Shown in pieces: positions 17,151 to 26,387 of a stretch of 64,000 bases of DNA. Source of the stretch: an uncultured Bacilli bacterium (lineage in GTDB: Bacteria; Bacillota_I; Bacilli_A; RF39; UBA660). The stretch covers positions 13,989-77,988 of the forward strand of contig CALVPE010000074.1 of assembly GCA_944350485.1 (NCBI GenBank), read 5' to 3'. The translations under genes and the position numbers were made by a program. The first letter of the stretch is position 1. Each line of letters opens with the position of its first letter. Below the pieces are notes generated by a model. It was not told the origin of the DNA. It worked only from the letters and a program-made list of their open reading frames with translations, and did no database searches.

Positions 17151-18017
17151 TTAATCTAATGATGAAGTTTTTTCCAATTCATCTATTGTAGGTATATCTG
17201 GTTTTTTTTCTTCACTTATTGTTATAAGTCTACCTTCTTCATCATAATATTTAGCTTTATCATCATACATTCCATTATCTATATCATTAAGCATTTCTAA
17301 ATCAACATCTTTTATAAACCATTTTCCCAATCTTCTTACAACTGTTTTTTTAATCATTTCATCTTCAAAATCTTTCCAAAAATTTGTAAGTTCTTTTTTC
17401 TTAGTATCATAATTAAAATATAAAGGAGCTAATTTTAAAATCTCTTCATATGTCATAACTACTATTTGTGGTTGTCTTCCGGTATTTTCTTTATATCTTA
17501 ATACAGCTACACCATATAATTTTTTTGCATTTTTTTTATCAATACTAAAATTTGGCTTATAAGTAAAATGATTTCCTTTATCATCCGAATAGTATTCAAA
17601 TTGATCTCCTTCATAAACTATAAAAGGTTCTATATTATCTATATCTTTATCCTTTTTAGCCAAATAAAGATAGGCTTGATATCCTATAATTAAACTACAT
17701 AATAATGTGCCGTTCTTATCTTTATATGGAACTAAATAAGCATAATGTTTAGAATCAACTGGTAATTTTAAATTAGCACTAGTTAATATTGAATATATTA
17801 TACTTTTTGTAGAGCATTTTAATAATTTATCATTGGTTCTAATTGTATTCATAACACCTGATATATATTTATTTATATCATTATTTTTTCCATTAATAGA
17901 ACCATACATAATATCACCAATTATATTTTTAAAATCTTGCGAATTTAAAGCATCTCCTATTGGCATATCACATATTTTTTGTAATACAGATTTTTTATTT
18001 TCTTGTGTTTCTAACAT
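17151..18017 (-). CDS. RecT-family single-strand annealing protein
   Basis: ...HYAYLVPYKDKNGTLLCSLIIGYQAYLYLAKK.... Partnered with an upstream PD-(D/E)xK exonuclease. Confidence 0.65.
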   Translation of the reverse strand: MLETQENKKSVLQKICDMPIGDALNSQDFKNIIGDIMYGSINGKNNDINKYISGVMNTIRTNDKLLKCSTKSIIYSILTSANLKLPVDSKHYAYLVPYKDKNGTLLCSLIIGYQAYLYLAKKDKDIDNIEPFIVYEGDQFEYYSDDKGNHFTYKPNFSIDKKNAKKLYGVAVLRYKENTGRQPQIVVMTYEEILKLAPLYFNYDTKKKELTNFWKDFEDEMIKKTVVRRLGKWFIKDVDLEMLNDIDNGMYDDKAKYYDEEGRLITISEEKKPDIPTIDELEKTSSLD

Positions 18018-18034
18018 TTTTACTCCTATATTTA

Positions 18035-18925
18035 TTAATAATCACTAACAATTTTAAATTCTCTATACATATTAGACATTAATTTAACTTCTTTAAAATA
18101 TTTAAAAACATCTAAATCTTTACCGCTAAAAAAATTATATAAATCTCGTTTACATTTATATAAAATTCCACAATCATCATCTAATAAAACTTCATCATTT
18201 TCTATTTTAAAATTTACATCTCTATTTTTACCAAAAACATAATCTATTGCTCTATCTACTGACTGCATGTCATATTCAAAAATTTGATATAAATCTTCAT
18301 AATCTTCTTTTGTAGATTGTACTAAAAAATAGAAATGTTTAGGATATGTTTTGTATTTTAAATAACATAATTGAGCATATACTGCATTTTGTATATCATG
18401 TCCATTATATACATTTCTTTTTTCCCATTTATCTAAATCTTCACTAGTAGTTTTATAATCAATAATAATTATATCCCCATTAGATAATTTTTTTATAGAA
18501 TCAGTTTTTCCTTTTAACCAAAAGCCATCTCCTATATCAACTATAAAAGGTTTTTCACTAATACCATTTTTTAATAAAGCACCAACAAATTTATCTTTAT
18601 ATAAATTATTTATCATTTTTTTAGCATGTTGATAATCATTTAAACTGACTATTTCTTTTGTTTGCTTATTTTTCCAATCTTTACCTTCTTTTGTTCTAAA
18701 ATCTAAATTATCTAAATTAACAATATAATTTTCTTCAAATTTTTTAGGTTCTAAAAGTAAACAATGAGCTAATGATCCAAAGTTAGTTGATTTAGTATCT
18801 ATTTTAATAGCTTCACTATTATATACACTTCTTTTCCAAAAATGATAAGGAGATTCATCATAATCTTTTAATTGACTAGCAGAAAGTGCAGGATAGTCAT
18901 AATAATTTTTATCACTTATTTCCAT
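18035..18925 (-). CDS. PD-(D/E)xK recombination exonuclease (lambda Exo/YqaJ-like)
   Basis: ...DIGDGFWLKGKTDSI...IIDYKTT (D ... E/D-x-K arrangement). Own sigma70-like promoter at about 18950-18985. Confidence 0.6.
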   Translation of the reverse strand: MEISDKNYYDYPALSASQLKDYDESPYHFWKRSVYNSEAIKIDTKSTNFGSLAHCLLLEPKKFEENYIVNLDNLDFRTKEGKDWKNKQTKEIVSLNDYQHAKKMINNLYKDKFVGALLKNGISEKPFIVDIGDGFWLKGKTDSIKKLSNGDIIIIDYKTTSEDLDKWEKRNVYNGHDIQNAVYAQLCYLKYKTYPKHFYFLVQSTKEDYEDLYQIFEYDMQSVDRAIDYVFGKNRDVNFKIENDEVLLDDDCGILYKCKRDLYNFFSGKDLDVFKYFKEVKLMSNMYREFKIVSDY

Positions 18926-18995
18926 ATTAATATTTAAAATTGATATAATAATATATTAGGACTATTTTTATAAATGTCAAGTTTTTTTAAAAAAA

Positions 18996-19559
18996 TTATA
19001 ATTTTTTTGAATTAGGAAAAAAAATTTTTATAGCAGATTCTGTATCGTTACCTTCTTCTGGAAAATATTCACCAAGACCTTTTAAAATTTCTTGGACTTT
19101 TAAATCCGTATTAGCGCCAGTTGTAAAAATATCTCTTATTAAAGCTTTTATTCCAATAGTAACTTGTTTTTCTGTTGCTAAACTAAAACTTTTAAATACT
19201 TTATTAACTGCTACTACATTTTTTGGTAAATCTTTTATATCTTCTACCTTATGTGGTTTAGGAAATTTTTTATTTTTAACTGCATTAAATAATTCATCTT
19301 TTAAAAAATATACATAATAATCAATATCCATTCCCATTTCTTCTTTATATATATTTTTTAAGTCTATTATATTATCATATGAAGTTAATCCAGTTTCAAA
19401 AAATGCATAAAGTAATGCATGAAATGTTTTATTTTGTTTATCTGTTTTATATTTTTTAATAGTAGAAATTTCTAGAACAAAACCTTTATCAAAATTTTCA
19501 TTAGGAATTTCTTTTATAATTTTTTCTAAATGATTTCTACTATTAATTATTACTTTCAT
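18996..19559 (-). CDS. hypothetical protein
   Basis: ORF only. Confidence 0.35.
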   Translation of the reverse strand: MKVIINSRNHLEKIIKEIPNENFDKGFVLEISTIKKYKTDKQNKTFHALLYAFFETGLTSYDNIIDLKNIYKEEMGMDIDYYVYFLKDELFNAVKNKKFPKPHKVEDIKDLPKNVVAVNKVFKSFSLATEKQVTIGIKALIRDIFTTGANTDLKVQEILKGLGEYFPEEGNDTESAIKIFFPNSKKL

Positions 19560-19573
19560 ATTTTTAAATTTTA

Positions 19574-19999
19574 TTAAAATGGAATTGAATCGCTAACTTC
19601 TTTACTTAATTGTTTTTCTTCATTATTTTTATTATCTGTCATGTTATTTTTATTTTTTTCAGATAAAATTTCTATCTTTGAATCAAAACCTTTTAATACT
19701 ACTTGTGTTATAGTTCTTTCAACTCCTTCTTTATCTGTATATTTTGTTGTTTGTAAAGAACCTTCAACATATATTTTATCACCTTGTTTAATATATGTTT
19801 TAGCAATATTTACTAAACCAGATGCATAAATAACAACTCTATGCCATTCGGTTTTTTCTTTTTTTTCACCAGAAACTTTATCTTTCCAGGATTCACTAGT
19901 AGCCAAATTTATTAAAACAACTTCATTATTATCACCAGATTTTTTAATTTCTGGATCTTTACCAACATTACCTATTAAAATTACTTTATTTAAAGACAT
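19574..19999 (-). CDS. ssb: single-stranded DNA-binding protein
   Basis: OB-fold N-terminus (ILIGNVGKDPEIKK...WHRVVIY) and acidic C-terminal tail ...SDSIPF. Confidence 0.8.
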   Translation of the reverse strand: MSLNKVILIGNVGKDPEIKKSGDNNEVVLINLATSESWKDKVSGEKKEKTEWHRVVIYASGLVNIAKTYIKQGDKIYVEGSLQTTKYTDKEGVERTITQVVLKGFDSKIEILSEKNKNNMTDNKNNEEKQLSKEVSDSIPF

Positions 20000-20061
20000 A
20001 TTTTTTTATTTTTATTTATAACAAATATATTATTACTTTTATTTTTTTTAAAGTCAATAAT

Positions 20062-20823
20062 TTATAAAACATATTTTTCTAATTCAGCATAATTTGGTTT
20101 ATTATTATATGATTTTTTGTTTTGTTTTGGTTCAAATATACCTTTATATCCATTAGCAATAGAAAAATTAATTATTTCTCTTGCTTTTTCTATATCATTA
20201 TTTGAATATTTTAATAAAGTGTTATAAAAAACTTTAATAGATTTACTAGATTTATAACTATTTTTTATCTCCTTTTTATATTCTAACCATTCTTCTAATA
20301 AGTTTTTAAAATCTTCATTTTCTACAAAATCTAAATTTTCTTTTTCTTTTATATTTTCTTTTTTGGATATAGTAGATTGATTTATTATAGTTACTGGATC
20401 TTTTTGTCTTTTATTTTCATAAAAGCCCCCCATTTTATTTTCATCAAAGGGGGTTATATTTTCATCAAATTGATTTTTATTTTCATTTTCTATTGTATCA
20501 GTCAATAATTCAAAATATTTTTCAGTTAAGGAAACATAGGAAAATGTTCCTTTTTCATTTCTTACACATTTTTTTAAAATAATACCTTTTTCTTGTAGTT
20601 TTAATAGTCTAGTAGAAATTGTTATTGTTTTTTTTATCTTTAATATAGGATATTCATTAATAAATGATCCATAATTAAACCAAACATACTCTTTATCATC
20701 TTCAATCATTTTATTCATTCTTGGATAAAAGTTTTTTATATAACTTAATATTAAAATATCGGTCATATCTAAATCATTTTCAACACATTTTTGTTGATTA
20801 AAATCATAAATACTATATTTCAT
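20062..20823 (-). CDS. putative replication initiator/replisome-organiser-like protein
   Basis: Position at the divergent control region next to the DnaC/DnaB genes. N-terminal winged-helix-like region. Weak. Confidence 0.3.
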   Translation of the reverse strand: MKYSIYDFNQQKCVENDLDMTDILILSYIKNFYPRMNKMIEDDKEYVWFNYGSFINEYPILKIKKTITISTRLLKLQEKGIILKKCVRNEKGTFSYVSLTEKYFELLTDTIENENKNQFDENITPFDENKMGGFYENKRQKDPVTIINQSTISKKENIKEKENLDFVENEDFKNLLEEWLEYKKEIKNSYKSSKSIKVFYNTLLKYSNNDIEKAREIINFSIANGYKGIFEPKQNKKSYNNKPNYAELEKYVL

Positions 20824-21090
20824 AATTATATTATTTTTATTATTAAAAAAGACTACACTTAAAAGGCAAGTTAGTGTAGTCTCTAATCTAATAACTAGAT
20901 TATGTAAATAAACTTGCCGACATTTATAAAATCTAATTATGTTTTAAATATAAAATAAGTATTTTTAAAGTCAATAAAAAATATTTTTTATAATTATATT
21001 TTTAAACCAATAAAAAAATAAGTGTTAAAACTTGACAAATAAAATTTATATTATAATCTATTTCTATAAACATAATTTTAATAAAATATT

Positions 21091-21531
21091 ATGGATATAA
21101 AATTTTTAAAATTAGCAGAAGACATATCCAAAAAATCAAAAGATCCTAGTACCAAGGTTGGATGTGTTATTTATGATGAATTAGAAGAAAAAATAGTTTC
21201 AATAGGTTTTAATGATTTTATAAGTAATTGTGATAGAACTTATATGACTTTTGAAAAACCTATGAAATATAGATTAATAGTTCATGCAGAAATGAATGCT
21301 TTGTTATCAAGTAAACAAAATTTGCAAAATTGTATTATGTATGTTACACACTTACCTTGTGATAACTGTTTAAAACATATAGCTTCAAAAGGAATTAAAA
21401 AAATAGTTTGTAAACATATGGATACTAATGGTAAAATGTTTAATGATGAAATGATGGAAGCTATAAAAAGAATTATTATGGCAACTAAAATTGAGATATT
21501 TAATGAAAAATTAGAAAAAATGGAATTTTAA
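21091..21531 (+). CDS. dCMP deaminase (cytidine/deoxycytidylate deaminase family)
   Basis: HAEMNAL and PCDNC zinc-binding motifs. Confidence 0.8.
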   Translation: MDIKFLKLAEDISKKSKDPSTKVGCVIYDELEEKIVSIGFNDFISNCDRTYMTFEKPMKYRLIVHAEMNALLSSKQNLQNCIMYVTHLPCDNCLKHIASKGIKKIVCKHMDTNGKMFNDEMMEAIKRIIMATKIEIFNEKLEKMEF

Positions 21532-21532
21532 T

Positions 21533-22153
21533 ATGACAATATTAATAAAAAATAGATTTAATAATTTATCAATGGATAATTTAATAATTAATGATTATAA
21601 TAAAAATTTAATTACATATTTAAAAGATTATAAAAAAAATATTGAAGAAAAAATAAATAATTACGAAAATATTATTTTAACTGGAAGTGTTGGAAGTGGA
21701 AAAACTTTTATTATGAGAAGTTTTTTTAATGATATCCAAAAAATTAAAATTAAAAGACAAAAAAGTTTTTATTATAATCAAATAGAAGAAGAAGATTATA
21801 TTTCTTCTATGTATGTAAATATGTATGATTTAATAAATGAATTAAGAAAAGAATATAAAGGTGAACATGTTGATAGTTTATTATTTACATGTGATTTGTT
21901 ATTTATTGATGAAATAGGTATACAATTTTGTACAGATGCAGAAAGACAAATACTTTTTAAATTAATAAATTATAGATATGAAAATTTTAAACCAATATTT
22001 TTAATTTCAAATCATCCTTTAAGGTCCACCAATGAAATTAAAGGTCTTTATTATATTTTAGGTGATAGAATAATGGATAGAATTTGTGATTGTAATTGTA
22101 AAGTATTTTGTTTTAATAATATAGAATCAATGAGAAAAAAATGTTTGAAATAA
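21533..22153 (+). CDS. DnaC/IstB-like helicase loader ATPase
   Basis: Walker A GSVGSGKT and Walker B LLFIDEIG. Confidence 0.7.
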   Translation: MTILIKNRFNNLSMDNLIINDYNKNLITYLKDYKKNIEEKINNYENIILTGSVGSGKTFIMRSFFNDIQKIKIKRQKSFYYNQIEEEDYISSMYVNMYDLINELRKEYKGEHVDSLLFTCDLLFIDEIGIQFCTDAERQILFKLINYRYENFKPIFLISNHPLRSTNEIKGLYYILGDRIMDRICDCNCKVFCFNNIESMRKKCLK

Positions 22154-24180
22154 AATTATATGATATTGAATGTGAACAAGTATTATTAGGATGTTTAATA
22201 TTAAATTCTGAAACATATTTTAAAATAAATTCAATAATAAAAAGTGAGTATTTTTTTGAAAGTGCTCATAAAGATATTTTTATTTTACTAAAAAATTTTT
22301 ATGAAAATGATAAGGTACAAGATTTAAAATCATTATCAGGCGAAATAAAAAATATTTTAAGAAAACATCATTATACAGATGATTATTTAAAATGCTTATT
22401 AAATATGGGAGCAGGAATAATTGATGTAGAAAGTTATTGTAATATAATTAAAAATTTTTATTTAAAAAGACAATTGAAAGATTTAGAAGAAAAAATTGAA
22501 TTAGAAATTAAAAAAAATACTAAAGCAGAAGATATATATGATAAAATAAAAAACAATTTAGAAAATATAGGAGAACAATCAAAAGAAGAACAATATACTT
22601 TTGATAATGCTATGGATATATGTGCTAAAAGAATATTGGATATAGAAAATACTATTAATAATAAAAATGAACCTGATAATATTATAAAAACTAATATTAT
22701 AGATTTTGATAGAAAGTTAGGTGGAATTTTTAGAAAAAAATTATTTGTTTTAGCTGGAAGGAGTTCGTCGGGAAAAGCGTTACCATTAGATACTAAAATA
22801 TTAACTAATAAAGGATGGATAAAAAATAAAAATATTAAAATAGGTGATAAAGTTATTGATCCATTTGGTAAAGAAGTTGTAGTTAATGGTGTTTTTCCAC
22901 AAGGAAGAAGAAGATGTTATAAAATATTTTTTGAAGATAGAATTATAGAAGCGGATAAAAATCATTTATGGGAGATATTTTTTGAAGATGAAATAGAACC
23001 AAAAATATTAAGCACTAAACAAATATATAAAATATTAAAAGATAAAAAAAATAATAAAAAGTTATGTATAAGGCTTTTTTGTGGAAAATATGGGCTTAAT
23101 AATAATAAAAGTATTTTATTTAAAAAATATGAAGCTAGAAAAAATTTTTTATTTAATTATCTTAATAAAAGAAAATATGAAATAAAAAGTTATAAAAAAT
23201 CTTTAATATTGCAACAATTAGCTTTTAGTTTAGGCATGAAGTGCCATATTATTTTTGATAAAATAAATAAAATATATAAAATAGATATTTATAAAAATAT
23301 TTCTAAAAAATTATATATTAATAAAATAGAAAAATCAAATTTTAAACATACACAATGTATTAGTGTTGATAGTAATGAACATCTCTATGTAATTCAAGAC
23401 TATATTGTTACTCATAATACTACACTTTCTTTACAAATTGCATTAAATGTAGCTAAACAAAATAAAAATGTTTTATTTTTTTCACAAGAAATGTGTTCTG
23501 AAGAGCAGGGAGATAAAATATTATCTAATGTTGCACAAATTAATTCTTCAAATATAAGAAAATCAGATGTTACTTATGAACAAATACAAAAAATGAAAAA
23601 TAATATGGAAGAAATAAATAAATTACCATTATATTTTAATGAAAAGTTAGGTATTAGTGGTGATTATGTAAGAAATGTTATTAAAAATTTTGAAAAAAAA
23701 GTCGGTAAAATTGATTTAGTTATTATAGATCACTTGCAAATAATGAGAACAGAAGATAATCAAAATAATAGGGTATTAGCTCTTGATAAATTATCTATGG
23801 ATTGTAAAAATATAGCAAAAGAATTTGATTGTGGCATGATATTGTTAAGTCAATTATCAAGAAAAACAGAAGAAAGAGATGATCCACGACCACAATTATC
23901 CGATTTAAGAGAAAGTGGTGGTATTGAACAAAATGCGGATGTTGTAGTTTTTATTTATCGGGAAGCTTATTATACAGAAAGAAAACTAAATGGGTTATTA
24001 GAAACAGATCCAAGATTCACTAGTTTATCTAATCAATTGAAAACTCAAAAAAATCAAGCAGATTTAATAATACAAAAAGATAGGGGGGGAAATTTAGGAA
24101 ATATAAAATTATATTTTGTCCCTGAATTTTCTTATTTTTCCGATATATATACTAAATATCTAGAAGATGCAAAAAAATAA
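22141..24180 (+). CDS. dnaB: Replicative DNA helicase DnaB interrupted by an intein in the P-loop
   Basis: N-terminal ECEQVLLGCLILNSE. P-loop LAGRSSSGK|...|TTLSLQIALNVA split by a 214-aa insert. C-terminal ...IIDHLQIM...ESGGIEQNADVVVFIYRE. Confidence 0.85.
   Translation: MFEIKLYDIECEQVLLGCLILNSETYFKINSIIKSEYFFESAHKDIFILLKNFYENDKVQDLKSLSGEIKNILRKHHYTDDYLKCLLNMGAGIIDVESYCNIIKNFYLKRQLKDLEEKIELEIKKNTKAEDIYDKIKNNLENIGEQSKEEQYTFDNAMDICAKRILDIENTINNKNEPDNIIKTNIIDFDRKLGGIFRKKLFVLAGRSSSGKALPLDTKILTNKGWIKNKNIKIGDKVIDPFGKEVVVNGVFPQGRRRCYKIFFEDRIIEADKNHLWEIFFEDEIEPKILSTKQIYKILKDKKNNKKLCIRLFCGKYGLNNNKSILFKKYEARKNFLFNYLNKRKYEIKSYKKSLILQQLAFSLGMKCHIIFDKINKIYKIDIYKNISKKLYINKIEKSNFKHTQCISVDSNEHLYVIQDYIVTHNTTLSLQIALNVAKQNKNVLFFSQEMCSEEQGDKILSNVAQINSSNIRKSDVTYEQIQKMKNNMEEINKLPLYFNEKLGISGDYVRNVIKNFEKKVGKIDLVIIDHLQIMRTEDNQNNRVLALDKLSMDCKNIAKEFDCGMILLSQLSRKTEERDDPRPQLSDLRESGGIEQNADVVVFIYREAYYTERKLNGLLETDPRFTSLSNQLKTQKNQADLIIQKDRGGNLGNIKLYFVPEFSYFSDIYTKYLEDAKK
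22777..23418 (+). other. Intein (214 aa) in the DnaB Walker A motif. It has a non-nucleophilic Ala1, ends ...VTHN, and the +1 residue is Thr
   Basis: Starts ALPLDTKILTNKGW (block A), ends ...DYIVTHN|TT. Excision gives GRSSSGKTTLSLQ. Ala at position 1 plus Cys in block F (TQCISVD) suggests a class 2/3-type intein. Its size leaves room for only a reduced endonuclease domain. Confidence 0.75.
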
Positions 24181-24191
24181 TATAAAAAATA

Positions 24192-24219
24192 TTGACATTA
24201 AAAAAAATTAATATAATAT
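24192..24219 (+). promoter_or_regulatory. sigma70-like promoter upstream of the GapR-like gene
   Basis: TTGACAttaaaaaaaattaaTATAATATA. Confidence 0.4.
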
Positions 24220-24248
24220 AATATTATGTTCAATTTTAAATTAAAAAA

Positions 24249-24500
24249 ATGGAAGAAAATAAAAAAAATGATGAAATAGATCTTAAATTAAAAAGATTTG
24301 TTGAAAATATAGAAAGGCTTGAAGAAGATAAAAAAGAAATTTCAAGACAAATTTCTGAAGTTTATTCTGAAGCAAAAGGTTTTGGTTTTAATTCAAAAGC
24401 TATCAGAGAAATAGTTAAAATAAGAAAAACTGATACTGAAAAAAGAATTGAATTAGAACAATTATTAGAAGTTTATAAAGAAGCATTGGGGATGTTATAA
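24249..24500 (+). CDS. GapR-like DUF2312 DNA-binding protein
   Basis: LKRFVENIERLEEDKKEISRQISEVYSEAKGFGFNSKAIREIVKIRKTDTEKRIELEQLLEVYKEALGM closely parallels the GapR core (...FIERIERLEEEK..I...IKEVYAEAKGNGFD.KA.R.II.LRK...E..E....LY..ALGM). Confidence 0.7.
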   Translation: MEENKKNDEIDLKLKRFVENIERLEEDKKEISRQISEVYSEAKGFGFNSKAIREIVKIRKTDTEKRIELEQLLEVYKEALGML

Positions 24501-24501
24501 T

Positions 24502-24723
24502 ATGGTTACTGCATTAGGATTTTGTACTTTTTTTATGTTAATAATATTAAAAGTACTAGAAGTAATAAATTTAAGCTGGTGGATTGTTATTTTGCCATTA
24601 TTTGCCGGTTTGTTTTATTTTATATTTATATTTTTAATTGTTTTTTTGTTTGGAACATCAATAATATCAATTAAAAGTTTAAAAGATTTTATTAATAAAA
24701 AAAAGGAAAATAAGAATGATTAA
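24502..24723 (+). CDS. small hydrophobic membrane protein
   Basis: Two predicted TM segments. Confidence 0.35.
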   Translation: MVTALGFCTFFMLIILKVLEVINLSWWIVILPLFAGLFYFIFIFLIVFLFGTSIISIKSLKDFINKKKENKND

Positions 24724-25171
24724 ATTAAAAGTTAAAAAAATTACAGAAGATGCTATTTTGCCTACACAAGCACACAAAGGTGATCTATTTGATGTATGCT
24801 CTAATAAAGATATGACAATTAATTCTTTTGAAAGTACAATAGTACCATTAGGTATTGCTATGGATATACCAGAAGGTTATAGAGTTAAGGTTTTTTCTAG
24901 ATCAAGCTTACCATTAAAAAAGAAAATAATAGTATCAAATAGTGTGGGTATTATAGACCAACAATACAAAAATGAACTCGGCTTAATATGTCATAGTTTA
25001 CCAAATATTAATGATAATGGACAATTAATAAATAATCCAGTAAAAATTAAAAAAGGTGATAAAATAGCTCAAATTCAATTAGAAAAAATAGAAGATTTTG
25101 AAATTGAAGAAGTTGCAGAACTTGACACTTCAAATGATAGGGGTGGTGGTTTTGGTTCAACGGGAAATTAA
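24716..25171 (+). CDS. dut: dUTP diphosphatase
   Basis: Motifs RSS, GIIDQQY and C-terminal RGGGFGSTG. Confidence 0.85.
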   Translation: MIKLKVKKITEDAILPTQAHKGDLFDVCSNKDMTINSFESTIVPLGIAMDIPEGYRVKVFSRSSLPLKKKIIVSNSVGIIDQQYKNELGLICHSLPNINDNGQLINNPVKIKKGDKIAQIQLEKIEDFEIEEVAELDTSNDRGGGFGSTGN

Positions 25172-25217
25172 AAATAAAAGCTGGATTTTTTCCAGCTTTT
25201 TTTATGAAAAAATATTA

Positions 25218-25727
25218 TTAATCATGTTGACTTTCTTGTTCTAATTTTTCCATAGATTCACAATACCATTTAGTATAAGATATTTTTCCCATTCCAGGAA
25301 AATCATGATCTTTTAAATATGCTAATGCTACTGCAATTATTTTATCATTATCAAAATTTAATATTGGTCCTAAATCAGAATATACTAAATTGATTTGTGT
25401 ATATAAATCATAGAAACTATAAACATCAGTATCTTTTTCTATATGTTTACTCATTAATGATCCAGAAACTTGTTCCATAGAAAAATGTGGTCCTTTTGTT
25501 CCATCAGAATTTACTATTTTATTTACATAATGTATAGCTTTTTCTTCTGTTAAAAAAGGATATAATGTATCTTCTATTTTATCCATTAAAGAATCATATT
25601 CCAACATATCTAATTTGTCTTTATGTTCACACATAAAATCATCAATTAGTTCTATTGCTTTTACTACATTATCATAACTAGCAACATCTTCATATTTTTT
25701 CATAATATCATTTATTTTTTTTGTCAT
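25218..25727 (-). CDS. hypothetical protein
   Basis: ORF only. Confidence 0.35.
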   Translation of the reverse strand: MTKKINDIMKKYEDVASYDNVVKAIELIDDFMCEHKDKLDMLEYDSLMDKIEDTLYPFLTEEKAIHYVNKIVNSDGTKGPHFSMEQVSGSLMSKHIEKDTDVYSFYDLYTQINLVYSDLGPILNFDNDKIIAVALAYLKDHDFPGMGKISYTKWYCESMEKLEQESQHD

Positions 25728-25741
25728 ATATATTTCCCTTT

Positions 25742-25948
25742 TTAATTAATATTAAGACAATTTTTATCATCCATAGTCGGTTGTTTTAAAGTATCTTTAT
25801 TATTTTTTAGGTATTCTACATTATTTTTTTGTAAATTATTTTTAGCTATATTAACAGCTTTATTTACAATATTATTTGCAGTATTTTTACCTTCTTTTGT
25901 ATAAAGTATCCAACCAATTATCATGTCTAATAAAAATTGTCTAGTCAT
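25742..25948 (-). CDS. small membrane protein
   Basis: N-terminal TM. Confidence 0.3.
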   Translation of the reverse strand: MTRQFLLDMIIGWILYTKEGKNTANNIVNKAVNIAKNNLQKNNVEYLKNNKDTLKQPTMDDKNCLNIN

Positions 25949-25959
25949 ATATTCTCCTT

Positions 25960-26268
25960 CTATTTAATTGAAATAAAATTTCTTAAAACAAAAGAAGTTC
26001 CATTATACCATGTTTTTAAGCCACAAGTATCAACTATATATTTAGTTAATAATATATCTCCCTTTCTGGTCATAACATTATAGTTTGTAGTACCATTAGT
26101 AATTACCACAGAAGAACCTAATGTAGCTTCATCAGGTAATGGTTGACAAAAAATAATATTATATGCCTGATTAACATTTAAACCAGTTGTTGCTGGTATG
26201 GTATAAACAACTTGGTTACTTTGAAAAGTAACAGCAGTAGTTTTTATATTTTGTACACAGTTACACAT
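25960..26268 (-). CDS. hypothetical protein
   Basis: ORF only. Confidence 0.3.
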   Translation of the reverse strand: MCNCVQNIKTTAVTFQSNQVVYTIPATTGLNVNQAYNIIFCQPLPDEATLGSSVVITNGTTNYNVMTRKGDILLTKYIVDTCGLKTWYNGTSFVLRNFISIK

Positions 26269-26387
26269 AATAGATTTACCCCTTAAATAATAATATTAAA
26301 AATGTAAAAAATATTTTTTTATTTAAGGAGAAATATTATTCTCCTTAAATTTATTTAATATTGTTTACAATATAAAACAACTTTAGT

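Noticed and set aside
24240-24260. ATGGAAGAA start codons (24249, 51812, 63828) that superficially resemble the AATGGAAGTCT motif
   Set aside because: They share only ATGGAAG and lack the GTCT and the downstream spaced -10. They are plus-strand start codons (Met-Glu-Glu).
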